NCBI GenBank assembly: GCA_050575255.1
Contig: JBNZDD010013607.1
Span: 2,077,571 to 2,141,570 of the forward strand
Direction of reading: 5' to 3'
Origin: Harriotta raleighana
Lineage: Eukaryota
Length of the DNA stretch: 64,000 bases
A program made the position numbers and the translations under genes. The notes below the pieces were generated by a model, which saw only the letters and a program-made list of their open reading frames with translations, was not told the DNA's origin and did not search any database. Of this stretch, positions 1-11,800 are shown piece by piece. The number at the start of each line of letters is the position of its first letter. Positions within the stretch are counted from its first letter, which is position 1.

Positions 1-385
1 CTTCAAGGCCACTCACGACCTCTCTGACCTGCTGTCTCCCTATCATATTACTCGCACCCTCCATTCAGCAGACTCAGGCCTGCTCCGCGTCCAACGCCCT
101 AACCGCCCACCCATCGGTGGCTGGGCTTTCAGCCTCTCTGCCCCCACACTTTGGAACTCCATCCCGCAGTCCCTCCACTTTGCTTCCTTCCTTTCCTCCT
201 TCAAGGCCGCTCTCAAGACCTTCCTCTTCGACCGTGCCTTCGGCTCCCTCCCTGACTCTTCCCCCTCTCCTTCCCCCTCCCCCTGACCCCACCCCCCTGC
301 TGGGGTCCTGACCTGACTGTTCAGCGCTTTGGGACGTCCTCCCAACGTGCAGGGCGCTATACAAGCGTAATTTTTGTTGTGGTTC
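1..385 (+). mobile_element. L2-clade LINE 3' fragment
   Basis: End of ORF2 and pyrimidine-rich 3'UTR, then the conserved tail gcgctttgggacgtcctcc...gcgctat...taatttttgttg shared with other copies in the window. Confidence 0.85.
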
Positions 386-1263
386 TTCTTTTATTTCGGA
401 TCTTAGGTACAAAGTGCAAGGGTGACAAAACTGCAGTGAAAGCACAATGTGTTTGAAGAACAATGGGTCCTTAATTACATAATTATAAGAATCAACAGCA
501 AACAACAAGTTTCATTTACAGAGCACCTGGGGCGTGTGGGGCAGCCTCTCAGGGATCTTAACAGTGGCAGAGCCTAAGGATGAAGTGTGCCCCAAAACTG
601 GGGAAAGTAAGTCATGAGAATCCAAGGCCATGCTGTTATAAAGATGTGTGGGTCTGCTTTAGCGAAGCGTACTATGGACATAGGCTCCGCTGGAAACACT
701 GTATACTGACCCAGTGCCCGCTTACTGCAATAAACAATGGCTGCCTTGTGGGTCATTAGGTTCCAGCTGACGAGACTTTCTACATATTGCTCCCATACGC
801 AGGAAATGCTGCATTTTGTGAACAAAGTGACTGCAGTCCTGCTTCCTGTGCAGAGTACGGACTGTGTGTTACACCAGTGGTGACCTGGCGACAGCCTGGA
901 ACACAATTGAGTTTTGGGGCTACATGCAGCGTCAATCCACTGCAGGACAAAACCTTAAAGATTTCATGTAAAAGGAGTCTGAGAATGTGGGCTCTCATAC
1001 ACGAAATGTACTGTTTCTATTAGTGCAAATTGACGCTGTTGTTGGAAATATACTGAACTTTGAATCTGCTGTCAGTCTGTCCATATACCAGTCGTTGAGC
1101 TTGAAAGGAAGACATAGTTGTAAGTGCTTGAGACGTGCTGATGTACCAAATTATCATCCAGCAAATCAAATGGTATTACTGGAGCACTGGGCCATTGGAG
1201 CTAAGAACTGCCGAGCCTTGGCTCTTGCCAACCTTCACCTAATACTCGACAGAATTCATCAAA

Positions 1264-1640
1264 ATCAATCAATCAATCAATCAAAATTTTATTTATATAG
1301 CGCCTTTCACGTCGGGAGGACGTCCCAAAGCGCTGAATCCCTTCACTCTCTGGCACCTCCCTACCTCTTCAACCTCCTCACTCCCCATTTCACCAACCAG
1401 TGCTCGATTGGCATCGGACTTGTGCTTGTCCCTTAAAATCCTCCGTCCCACCATCGCAGATCGTGCTTTCAGCCACAACTCTGCAATAGTTTCCCCCAAT
1501 CTAAGGGTCACATCCCCCAACCGGCTTGGAGTCAGGCTCGGTCACTGTTAAGAGACGCTACCCTGTGTGGAGTGCTCTATATACGTGCAAGTTGTTGTTG
1601 TAGAAATAGGTAAGCGGGATGCGTCCCTCCAGGAAGAGTG
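1264..1640. mobile_element. L2 tail (minus, (AATC)n) next to a decayed L2 3' fragment (plus)
   Basis: (aatc)n-aaaattttatttatatagcgcctttcacgtcgggaggacgtcccaaagcgctg, followed by L2-like ctggcacctccctacctc...gctttcagccac. Confidence 0.7.
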
Positions 1641-1689
1641 TGTGCATTCCATTCTAAAACACTGGAATTTCCACGTGTCGATGGGATAC

Positions 1690-2510
1690 ATAGAATCCTC
1701 AGTCCCGAACTCCCCGATTGCCCCAGTCCTTGCCAAAATTCACTGGCTCCCTGTCTCGGAAAGGATTGATTTCAAGATCCTCACTCTTGTAATAATAATA
1801 ACAATAATAATAATCCTTGAATTTGATATAGCGCCTTTTCACATCTTATCGATGTTTCAAAGAGCTTGACAGAATATACTGTAAAATGAATTGACAGTAT
1901 ATTTGTGGGCGAAACGTGGCAGCCAATTGCGCACAGCAGTGTCCCCACAAACAATTGTGGTTTGAAAATGACCAATTTTACAATTGTGTTTTTTTTTGAC
2001 GGATTATTATTAGGCGTGTGGAGTAAGGAAATTTGCCCAAGGTTTCGCCCTGATCTGCCTAATACTCGATAGACCTTGAACACAGGTCTCACATTTGTAA
2101 GGCAAGTGCTCTAATCACTGAGCTACAGGAGCTCCACAATTGTATTCAAATCTCTCCACTCCTTTGCACCCCCTACCTCTCTGATCTCCTCTCTCCTCAC
2201 AACAGTACCCATTACCTTCGCTCTACTGGGTTTGGCCTCCTCCTTGTCCCCCAAATTTTCTGTTCCACCATCGGCTCCTGTGCCTTCAGCCACTACGCAC
2301 CGAGGCTCTGGAACTCCCTTCCTCGCTCCCTTTGCCTTGCCTCCTCCTTTTCTATTTTCAGGTTGCGCCTAAAGACTTATTTTCAACAGTGCTTTTGGTC
2401 ACCTTTTTACCCCTATCCCTGGTTCGGCTCCGGGATCCATTTTATGAAGCTCTCTGAGATGCTGTCTGGTGTGGAGGGTGCTATATAAATCCAAGTAGTT
2501 GTAGTTGTTG
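1690..2510 (+). mobile_element. L2 LINE 3' fragment interrupted by a SINE
   Basis: PIAPVLAKIHWLPVSERIDFKILTLV|FKSLH reads across the SINE; ends in an L2 tail with gttgtagttgttg. Confidence 0.85.
1792..2137 (-). mobile_element. Full-length tRNA-derived SINE (SINE2-1_CM-like)
   Basis: tRNA-like head (ctgtagctcagtgattagagc), accttgggcaaatttccttactccac segment, L2-like tail, (ATT)n end. Confidence 0.9.
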
Positions 2511-2615
2511 CTTGGTTTGGATAATCTTAAGCATGGTCATGGATTTTCGCATGTGTCAGACACTCAGCCAAACAAAAAAGCAAACGAAAGAGAACTAAGA
2601 ATTGCTGAATCTTAC

Positions 2616-2840
2616 CTGAGACCATGGTGAGGCATACCAGCTTGCCAGGGCATTGCTGAACACTCTGTCATTGAATGATCTTAGGCAGGCACTAAGGATG
2701 CACACTCTCTCCAGTTCAATGTTAGGTTTGGGCAAGTGATGGCATCGTTTGTAGGCATAGTCCTTGTATTTACCAGAAGCATCTTTCACTGCGCATTTTA
2801 AGTGCCTCTTCTGAATGCCTTTACCACAACTTGTAGAACA
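2616..2840 (-). CDS. ADAMTS16: ADAMTS16 exon (~exon 21), 225 bp, [75 protein letters not shown]
   Basis: ttgtag| acceptor, |gtaaga donor; TSR5. Confidence 0.95.
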
Positions 2841-5800
2841 CTACAAATAGAGGAAACAAGAACATTGGTGAGCAACCTCAAACTTTTATGAAAATAATGA
2901 TAGTCTCACAATGGTATTGGGTCATTGGTGTACAATGTCTAAAAGTGCTTCACAGGTAAATACAGTATAACTCACATAAGTCATATCAGTCGGGACCATA
3001 ACATTTAATATGACTTACTAAAGTCCAAATTGCAGGCAAACTGTACAGTCAGATTCGATCAATAATCTACACCATGGATGCATCATAACAATGTAAGTCT
3101 GCATACGGAGATGGTTCAAGGCAACATTTCTTGCGATTCAATGCATCCTGACCAGTCGTTGCATGATCATTTACTGGATAGCGTTGGGATTGCAATGAAT
3201 AACGGGAAATTAATTTCTTCTGTGCCTGCGGCGACAGATGAAGTTTACATTTCCTTTGATTCAATGCAGCCGGACTGTAAGTGCGCCCGTATCAACATCA
3301 ATTCAAAGCAGCCGGTAAGTGAGGGAGTAATGGAGGGTGGGGGAGCGGTATTATGAGTTAGGAGGTGATTAATACGAGTTGAGCAAAGAAATCTAAGTGA
3401 TTTCGATACAAAACTGAATGGGACTCGGGTGAATGTATGACTTAGGTGATTAGAGTGGATAGTTTGATGTGAATTACTGTAAATATTATTGGGCAGGAAA
3501 TGTACCTTTTTTTGAAAAATGATTTTAAATCTACTCAGGTTAAAGATCACTCATTGTTTCCCTCTTCCTGACTTGGTTTTATCACTCCTAGCCAGTCACT
3601 ACTCTCTCTGAATGATGAGCAACTCATGCATTCATTGTTTCCAATGTTTAAATCTGTTACTCTACCTCGGTCCACGTCGATATAAACCACTGTAGTTTGC
3701 GATGTTTGTGGCAGCGTTTCAGCAGGCAGGTTTCTTGGCTTTTGGGCTTCGGTTCTGCTTTGCAAGCACTACCGTGTAGGATCTGGGCTTTGGGAATGGG
3801 ATTTGTACTCTTGCAAACAACAATCCTCTTCCTCCATCCTTTTCCACATGTCCGAGAACACTGTACAGAAATAAAGTATTTTAATGACTGTCTACAGCAG
3901 CTTATAAATCATACCATTCAGATGCAAATTCATTTTCCTCCATTGTTATACGGAATCAGTTCGAGTGCTTCCATTTCTCATCAATATCACGCAGCTGATA
4001 TTCCCTGCTAATACTATTAGTTTTAGTCTGAAGCAAAAAATGTATCATCACTGGATGATTTGAAAGCTTCGGGGAAATGATGTCTGCAGCGTCACAGCAC
4101 ACGCATAGTTTGTTTTTTGCGGCATTTCTGCAGTATCAAAATTCCTAGAAAAATCTCAGTTTAAAACAAGCAGGAAGCTGCAAGACAGTATTGAAGGAAA
4201 TAATTTGAGCCATTTCTCATCCTATTACACCAACAGGAACTCCATATAATTACTCAGCAAAGACTGCAACCGGCGAGTCAAGTTTTCTTAAAAGAAGAAA
4301 TTGCCCAATTTGAAAGCTGCAAAGACTATGAAAGGCAAGTGCAGTCATTGAGAGCTACAAGTCACTATTAAATTGTTACATAATGGAGAGAGGAAGAAGC
4401 TGTCAAACTGTGAGAGCCGAGGTCGAGTAATTTAAGTCACCCGCTCTAGATGTGTTGGTATAATTGCTTTCATGTTACTAACCACTATTAGCTATTTTAT
4501 GTTGGAAGCTTGTACAGCAAGTGTGGTCTGATGTACTCTGCATTTGATTCTATTTACCATTTTCTAACCTGGAAATGACTTTCAATGTGGCAAATGACTG
4601 TCAAATGATGCCTCTTACTGGTATGTCTAAGTGCAGAATAATAATTATTACACCAATTACACCTGAGAGTAAAAGGAAGCAGAAAATAACTGAGATGTCA
4701 GAAACTAATCTTCGTGGATTCTCTGCTGTATTGCAATATTCCTTGTTTAAATGCTTTCATTGTTTTTTTTTCCAGGTCATTGAATTTGTTTCTGTTTCCA
4801 GCCCTCGCCCTGATAAAATACTCCCCCACCTCTCCTGAAGGTTCTCTCTCGCTCTCGAGAATAGTTCCACAAGGTGTGTGCTGCCATCTGGTACCTCACC
4901 TCAGTGACTCTATGAGTCTGCACTAAGCATCACCAAACTACCCACTTGCTGAGGGCAACACAGCTAAATGCAATCCTGTCCAATCCTCTTGATGGAATTT
5001 ACCAGGTAAATTAGGTAAATTGTTGATCTGATGTTAGGCTTCTAAAGATAAGAGGCCTTTATTTAAGTTTAATTATGTCCTATTTCTGAGGATAACAGAA
5101 TAGGAGAAGGCCATTCAGCCTTCCAAGCTTGTTCCATAGACTTTAAATTGGATCCAAGATAGTTAGAATTGAGTTCAGGAAACTCTTCACGCAGAAGCTC
5201 GTGAAGATGTGGAATGTCCAGCTCCAAAAAGCTGTAGAGGTGAAAGAGATGTTTAGAAAGAGAGATGATCTGATACTAATTAATGGGTATGACAAAAGGA
5301 CATTGAGATTACAAGATCTGCCAAGATCTAATAAACTGGCGGGACAGGCTTGATGAGCTGAACCGACTCTCCTGTTCCTATGGAAATAGAACTCACAGCA
5401 GGTTGGCGGTGGAGAAAACATTTCAAATTATAAAGTGCTATAAAGTTTTAGTTACTTTGTGTCAGCCCAAGATCATCAGATTAACTATTGGCTTGCTTCT
5501 GGTTTTGTCTATGTAGTGTGATTGGTCGTGTGATGACATGTCAATGAACCAGAAACATCAGGAGAGACCATAATAGCTCCTGATTACCCAACACTCTCCA
5601 ACAGGTTTCTCACACACCTCAGACCAAGCTCCGAGGCTCCAGGCAGGTGGACAGTCTCGGGTGTTACACCGTTGCTTTCGCGCGGGCACTGGCACTGGGC
5701 AAAGAGAGTTGTGCACATTTTCCATCTTGTTGAAGGCAACTCTTCGGACACAGTGGACTTGTCTGAGCTGTTCACCCGTTTCGCATGTCTGGCTGCACTC

Positions 5801-8800
5801 TCCCCAGTCCCCAATGGCCCAGCTGTAGAAACATCAAAACCGTTCATACGCGCACATTAAAGTGGAGGATTAAACTTGACAGTTAGCAGAAACCTGGAAT
5901 GCAAGGTCATGTTTACTATTTTTTACCTGATTCCACCTTGGGAACAGATTGTTCAGTGTTAGCAAGAATGTAAGTTTCACTAAATCTCTCTTATTGAATT
6001 TGCACCTACAATTTAAGTCAATTGGGGAGAAATCCTACCTGGGTCTTGATCTAAGTAGCATTTCAGAGAGTCCAGAATTAGGCAAAATCTTAAATACAGC
6101 CTGTATTTCACAGCTGTGTTTTTATATATAAGTTATTTTGAGAAGCACTGAAAAACGCCTTCGAAATTAAGTCTTAATCCTGCAATTTGCCAAATTCTGG
6201 ACACTCTAAAATGTAAATGGAAAAAGAGTAAATCCAGACCAAGGGAGAATTTCTTCCAGAATATCCTTGGGTGCCCTAAATAAATAAGTAAATAAATACT
6301 ATAGCTCAGTGGTTAGACTACTTGCCTTATAAGTGAGAGACATGGGTTCAATTCCAAGCTGGCCAAAACCTTGGACAAGTTTCCTTATTCCACATGCCTC
6401 ATAATAATCACTCAAAAAAAAAAGATAAATTGGTCATTTCAATTCACGACTGTTTGAAGTGCGTAATAGTCTGCTGCGTTTCTTCCACACATATACAGTC
6501 AATTCACTCTACAGAATATTCTGTGAAGTAATTTGAGACGTCTAGAAGACGTGAAAGGTGCTATATCAAATGCAAGGATTATTATTATTAATAAATTAAT
6601 AATCCTTGCATTTGTTATTGTGCCTTTCACTTGGATATCTGAAAACACTTCACAGGATTCACTGTAAACTATAGTGAGTGTATTTTTGTAAGCAGCCAAT
6701 TCACACAGAGCAATGTCCTGCAAATAGCATGAAATGAATGAATCAATCAATCAATCAAAATTACATTTATATAGCGCCTTTCACGGTGGAAGGACGTCAA
6801 CCAATTAAATAATTATTAATTGGTAGAGGGGATCTTGGCTTGAAGGATGCAGCACACCCTCCAGCATTGCGATGTCAGCCTTGTCGGTGAACTCAACACA
6901 AGGCTTGAACAAACCTCATTCAGGTGCGAGTTACCAATTGAGCTGTACATTGAAGATTAATTTGATTATTTTTTCTTGCTTTGTTCACAGGGTAATTGCA
7001 GGTTGCTTTCAAGATGAATCATTGCATTATAAAACACACTAGCAAGAGGACGTAAAATATAGAACCTACTCCAGTTCCCAGCATTTCAAAGCTGGCAGAC
7101 TCACTGGGGCATTCTTCTCACATAATTTCTCATGTTTAACGCTATCACTGTTGAATGGCCCAGGGCTTTGACATGAAGAAAATCCCACAAGGGCAGAGAA
7201 TATAAGTGTTAATCTACAATGGGAAACAATCAACTGGTCAATTCAACTCTTTCTCATTGGCAAGGTGTATTAAAGCAGATCCAATCTCTCCGATCCCACC
7301 CATCAGAAGATTCCTTAGTGTCCTGTCCTATGAATTTGAGCATGGTTACACCACACATTTAACTGAATCTTTTTATTCCCACGTTGTAAAAACATAACTA
7401 GAAATGGTTACCATGGTTTTGTTATCTACTGAACAAAGGTTATGATAACACTTTGGAGAAAGTCATTTCCGAACTACAAATGCTTTCTTGGGATTTCTTC
7501 CCATCATCTAGCACTGCTGTGTAACTGAAAGATCCCAACCAGCCATGCTCACAGCACATACTGCCAAACCTACGGATTCCATCCCACGGAACAACCGAAT
7601 AGGATGTTTTATGAACTGATTTGTATTAAAAGCTTTGAGCTACGCGACAATGGAGCAACAGCCCTGCTGATCGGATTGCAAGGATTATTATCATTATTAT
7701 TATTCATTTACACTCTGTGCGACTGTGTTTGGACAGATGTTACCCATTGCAGATTACCAAACTGGCTTCAAGCCTCAAGACAATCATCGGTGGACGACAT
7801 GGTGTACGTAATTCTTTGCCCTAATCTCAGCAGCCTCCTGTCCGGACAGTAAGCAAACTGATGACAGCTGGCTGGCCTGCAGCTCAGCCCAGTGTGGAAG
7901 TAAGCTACCCTTGGACTGTAACTCAAACCAGCACTGAGACTGCCAGAAACACATCTGTCAGCACTTCTGGACATTACCTTCAGTTATTTCCTCCATCTAT
8001 TCTTCCAGGATTATATATAGTGTTTATTAACAGGACAACAAGATGCCATTACAGAGTGACGAAACCTGTATAAAAATAAAATGTGCCCCCTCCCCTCCAA
8101 ACCCTAGTCAGCAGTTAGTGTTATATTTATTACCGAATTCAATGCAGGATTCCTAGTTTGGGAAAGCAAAAGTGGTAAAGGATTTATTTCCTCTCTGCCG
8201 ACTTCATATATAGGATTTGGCTTGTGGCCAATGATCACAGACTGCATCTGAGAATGATCAAAGATATCAGATACAGTAAACGGTATTGGCTTTCAGCTTA
8301 AGCAATGTTTTAAGGACTGTGTGCTTACTAATAAGGTAAACCATGCGAGTGATGTCATCTATAAAATCACCTCCTCCGTGTGATCTGATCATTTTTACAT
8401 CGACAGTGTTTGCAGACACTGCAGTTCTCTAGACTGCTGGTGTCGGCCATGTTCTACTGTAAGAGTATCTGAAATGATCAGGTAAAAATATATTGATTAT
8501 ATGTATGGATGAGAAAAAAACAACATTATAACCTGAGAACTCAATCAACAGTTCATCACACTTCTCTTATGAACTTTTTTTGAGTGATATTCTCTACTCT
8601 TCTGATTCAGGTCCATTGCTTATTGAACATCACTGTTCATTTAAACCAGCAAACTCTACAGACAATAAGATGATTTGGTGGGTGACTGGAGGGAACAAGA
8701 ATAAGTTTTTTTTTGCATTGTTTGTGGGAAGGGAGAAAGGCATTCAATTACTGTATTCACTCTAGAACAGACTGTAATAATCCATGTGCTTTGAAGCATT

Positions 8801-11800
8801 AATTACATTGTTGGACTTGTAAAGTAAGATGGCAGTGCTGGGTATACCACCTTCAACAACAGCACTAACAAAATTACATTTATAGAGCGCCTTTGACATC
8901 AAGAGGATGATGAACAAAGCATTATGAAGCTGTCTCTCAGTTCCCATTGTCTCTAGCAATAGGCAGGCTGAGATACCAGGCCAGTGAAGCATTTGTTTTC
9001 ATTGCTGTCCTATAAGTGTATTCTCCAAACAAACACTGGGAAGGTTTGGGTCAAGGAAACCAAAGTCACAACTATGCTTTTGTGCATGTGCTATGGTGTC
9101 TCTGTTGTTCTTGATGCTGTGAACTATAATTATTATTTTCCTTGCATTTGATATTGATCATAAGATTGGTTTGGATGACGAAGGCCATTCGGCCCATCTG
9201 ATCTGATTCCTCCAGAATAGCCACACTACTGTCTCCCTATCACAGCATCGAGCAGGGTTTTAAAATTAGTCTAGTGTCTTGGCCTCAACCACCCTTCCTA
9301 ACAATTTGTTCCAGTCATTACTTGCTCTCTCTGTCTGAAAAAACTTCCTGGTGTCTGTCCTGAAGTTGCCTTTAGGCCCTCTAAACCGATGTCCTCTTGT
9401 TTTACTGGCTTGTGCATCCTAAAATATTGTCCTTGGTTCACTTTTTTAATCCCATTTAAAATGTTATAAACTTCTATGATATCCTGGGTTTTCTTCTCAC
9501 AAGATTGTAGAGCTTGTCTAATCTAACAAACAATGCAGCACATCACAGCAATGTATTGGGATTGTCAACCAGACTATAAATCCAATTGCCCGACATGGGG
9601 CTTGAACCCACAATATTTTGACTCAAGGGCAAGAGTTCTATCAACCAGGTCAGGATGACACCTGTTATTATATATACATCCCAAAAAAACTTTCCAATTT
9701 GCTCAGAGATCTATCCCGTACACATTTAATCTGTGGAAATTTCCTTCGCAGCACATTTAGACTTGGGCTCTACCTTTCTGCACAGTGATGGGAGGAGCCT
9801 TCTGTCTGTAACAGAAACAGGAGTAGGCCTTTCAGCTACTCGAGCCTGTTCCACCATTCTATAAGATCATGACTGATCTGTAGCATAAGCCGAATTACTC
9901 GCCCTTGCCCCTTATTCCTTAATACTCAGTGGTTAGAGCACTCGCCTTACAAGCGTGGATTCGAAACACAGGCAGCTCAAGGAGAAACCTTGGGCAAGTT
10001 TCCTTACTCCACATGCCTAATAATAATCCGTACAAAAAAACCCCCAATAATAAAATTGGTCATTTCAATCCACGAATGTTTGTGGGACACTGGTGTGCGC
10101 AATTGGCTACCGTGTTTCGCCGATAAATATACAGTCAATTCACTTTACAGTATAATCTATGAAGCACTTTGAGATGTCGATAAGATGTGAAAAGCGCTAT
10201 ATCCAACGCAATGATTATTACTATTATTGCGCTGCCTAAGCAACTGCCTGTGACCCGTTTCCTGGCAGACAAATAGAGCTGCTGCTGTGAAAGGCAGTGC
10301 AACTGTAACAAAATTAAATTTATAGAGCTCCTTTCACTTTGGGAGGATGTCCCAAGGTGCTGAACAGTCGGGTCAGGACCCGAGCAAGGGAGAGGGGTAG
10401 GGTCGGGGGTGGGGGAAGAGAGTTAGGAGGAGAGGGAGAGAGTTGGGAGGGCAGCAAAAGGTACGATCAAAGAGGAGGGTCTTGAGATCGGCCTTGCNGG
10501 AGGCAAGGAAGGAAGCAAGGCAAAGGGACTGTGGGATGGAGTTCCAGCATATGGTGGCAGAGAGGCTGAAAGCCTGTCTATTGATGGTAGGGTGGGGAAC
10601 ATGGAGCAGACTGGAGCCTGCTGAATGGACGGGGCAGGCAGGTTCATAGGGGGACAGCAGGTCAGAGAGATAGGAGAGGGCAAGGCCATGAATGGCCTTG
10701 AAAGTGAGGACAAGGATCTTGAACTTAATTCACTGGGGATGGGGAGCCAATGGAGCTGGGCAAGGGTGGGAGTGACGTGGTCGCGGAGCTTGGTGCGGGC
10801 GAAGACACAAGCTGCAGAGTTCTGGATGATCTGCAGCTTGTGTAGGGAAAAGCCAGGAAGGCCGATGAGGAGAGAGTTTCCATAGTCGAGCCTTGATGTG
10901 ACAAAGGCATGGACCAGGATTTCGGCAGCCTGAGGTGTGAGGCAGGGTCTAGGGATATTGCAAGGTGATGGACGGCAGTACCGGTCATGGTGTGGATCTG
11001 GGGGAGGAAGGACAGTTCAGGGTCGAACAAGACGCCCAAGTTCCTGACTGGCTTTGAGAGGTGGAGAGTGCAGCCTTGGATGCTGCAGTGCAGTGTAATA
11101 ATAGTACCAAAATCTTTGTGTTCAACAACAACAACAACAACAACAACAAAATTACACTTGTATAAGCCTTTCACGCNGAGGTGGAGAGTGCAGCCTTGGA
11201 TGCTGCAGTGCAGTGTAATAATAGTACTGAAATCTTTGTGTTCAACAACAACAACAACAAAATTACACTTGTATAAGCCTTTCACGCCAGGAAGACGATC
11301 AAGAGGTGGTGGGAAATCCATCCATGTCCAGGTGCAGGATTTTAAAATAACAAGTTTATTCTGCCTGTCAATTTGCTGTGACCGGACGTGCTTTCACCCA
11401 ACAGAACAAATCCCAGAGAAACTGAACCCTTTTCGATGCAGATTAGGTCATGGTCAAAAATATTTTCGACTGCACAACTCAAACAATTCGCTTTCAGCAC
11501 TATTCAGTTCAGAGTATGGTTTGAATTTAAATATTTAAGCACTCTGCGTTGCTACCCAATGTGAAGGGCACGATCTAACTGAAAGTGGTTGCATTTTCAA
11601 GGTTTTTGTGAGTATTTTGCAGGCCGCAAGTTTATTTAGATTTCTATGACATAGACCAGTTTTCAAACAAATATTTTTCTTAAGGTTTCCCCCAATCTGA
11701 GTGTAACTGACATGCTCCCAATCTAATCAATAGTAACCTGTACGCTGCTCCTAGAAGGTGCACAAAGAGTATTGGATTATAATAACAAAATTCACTTGTA

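Noticed and set aside
574-906. Cys-rich minus-strand ORF (CSRLSPG...WCNTQS) as the next ADAMTS16 exon
   Set aside because: It lacks the expected CxxxCGGGVQxRxVQC...CNTHFCP pattern; the last exons probably lie left of the window.
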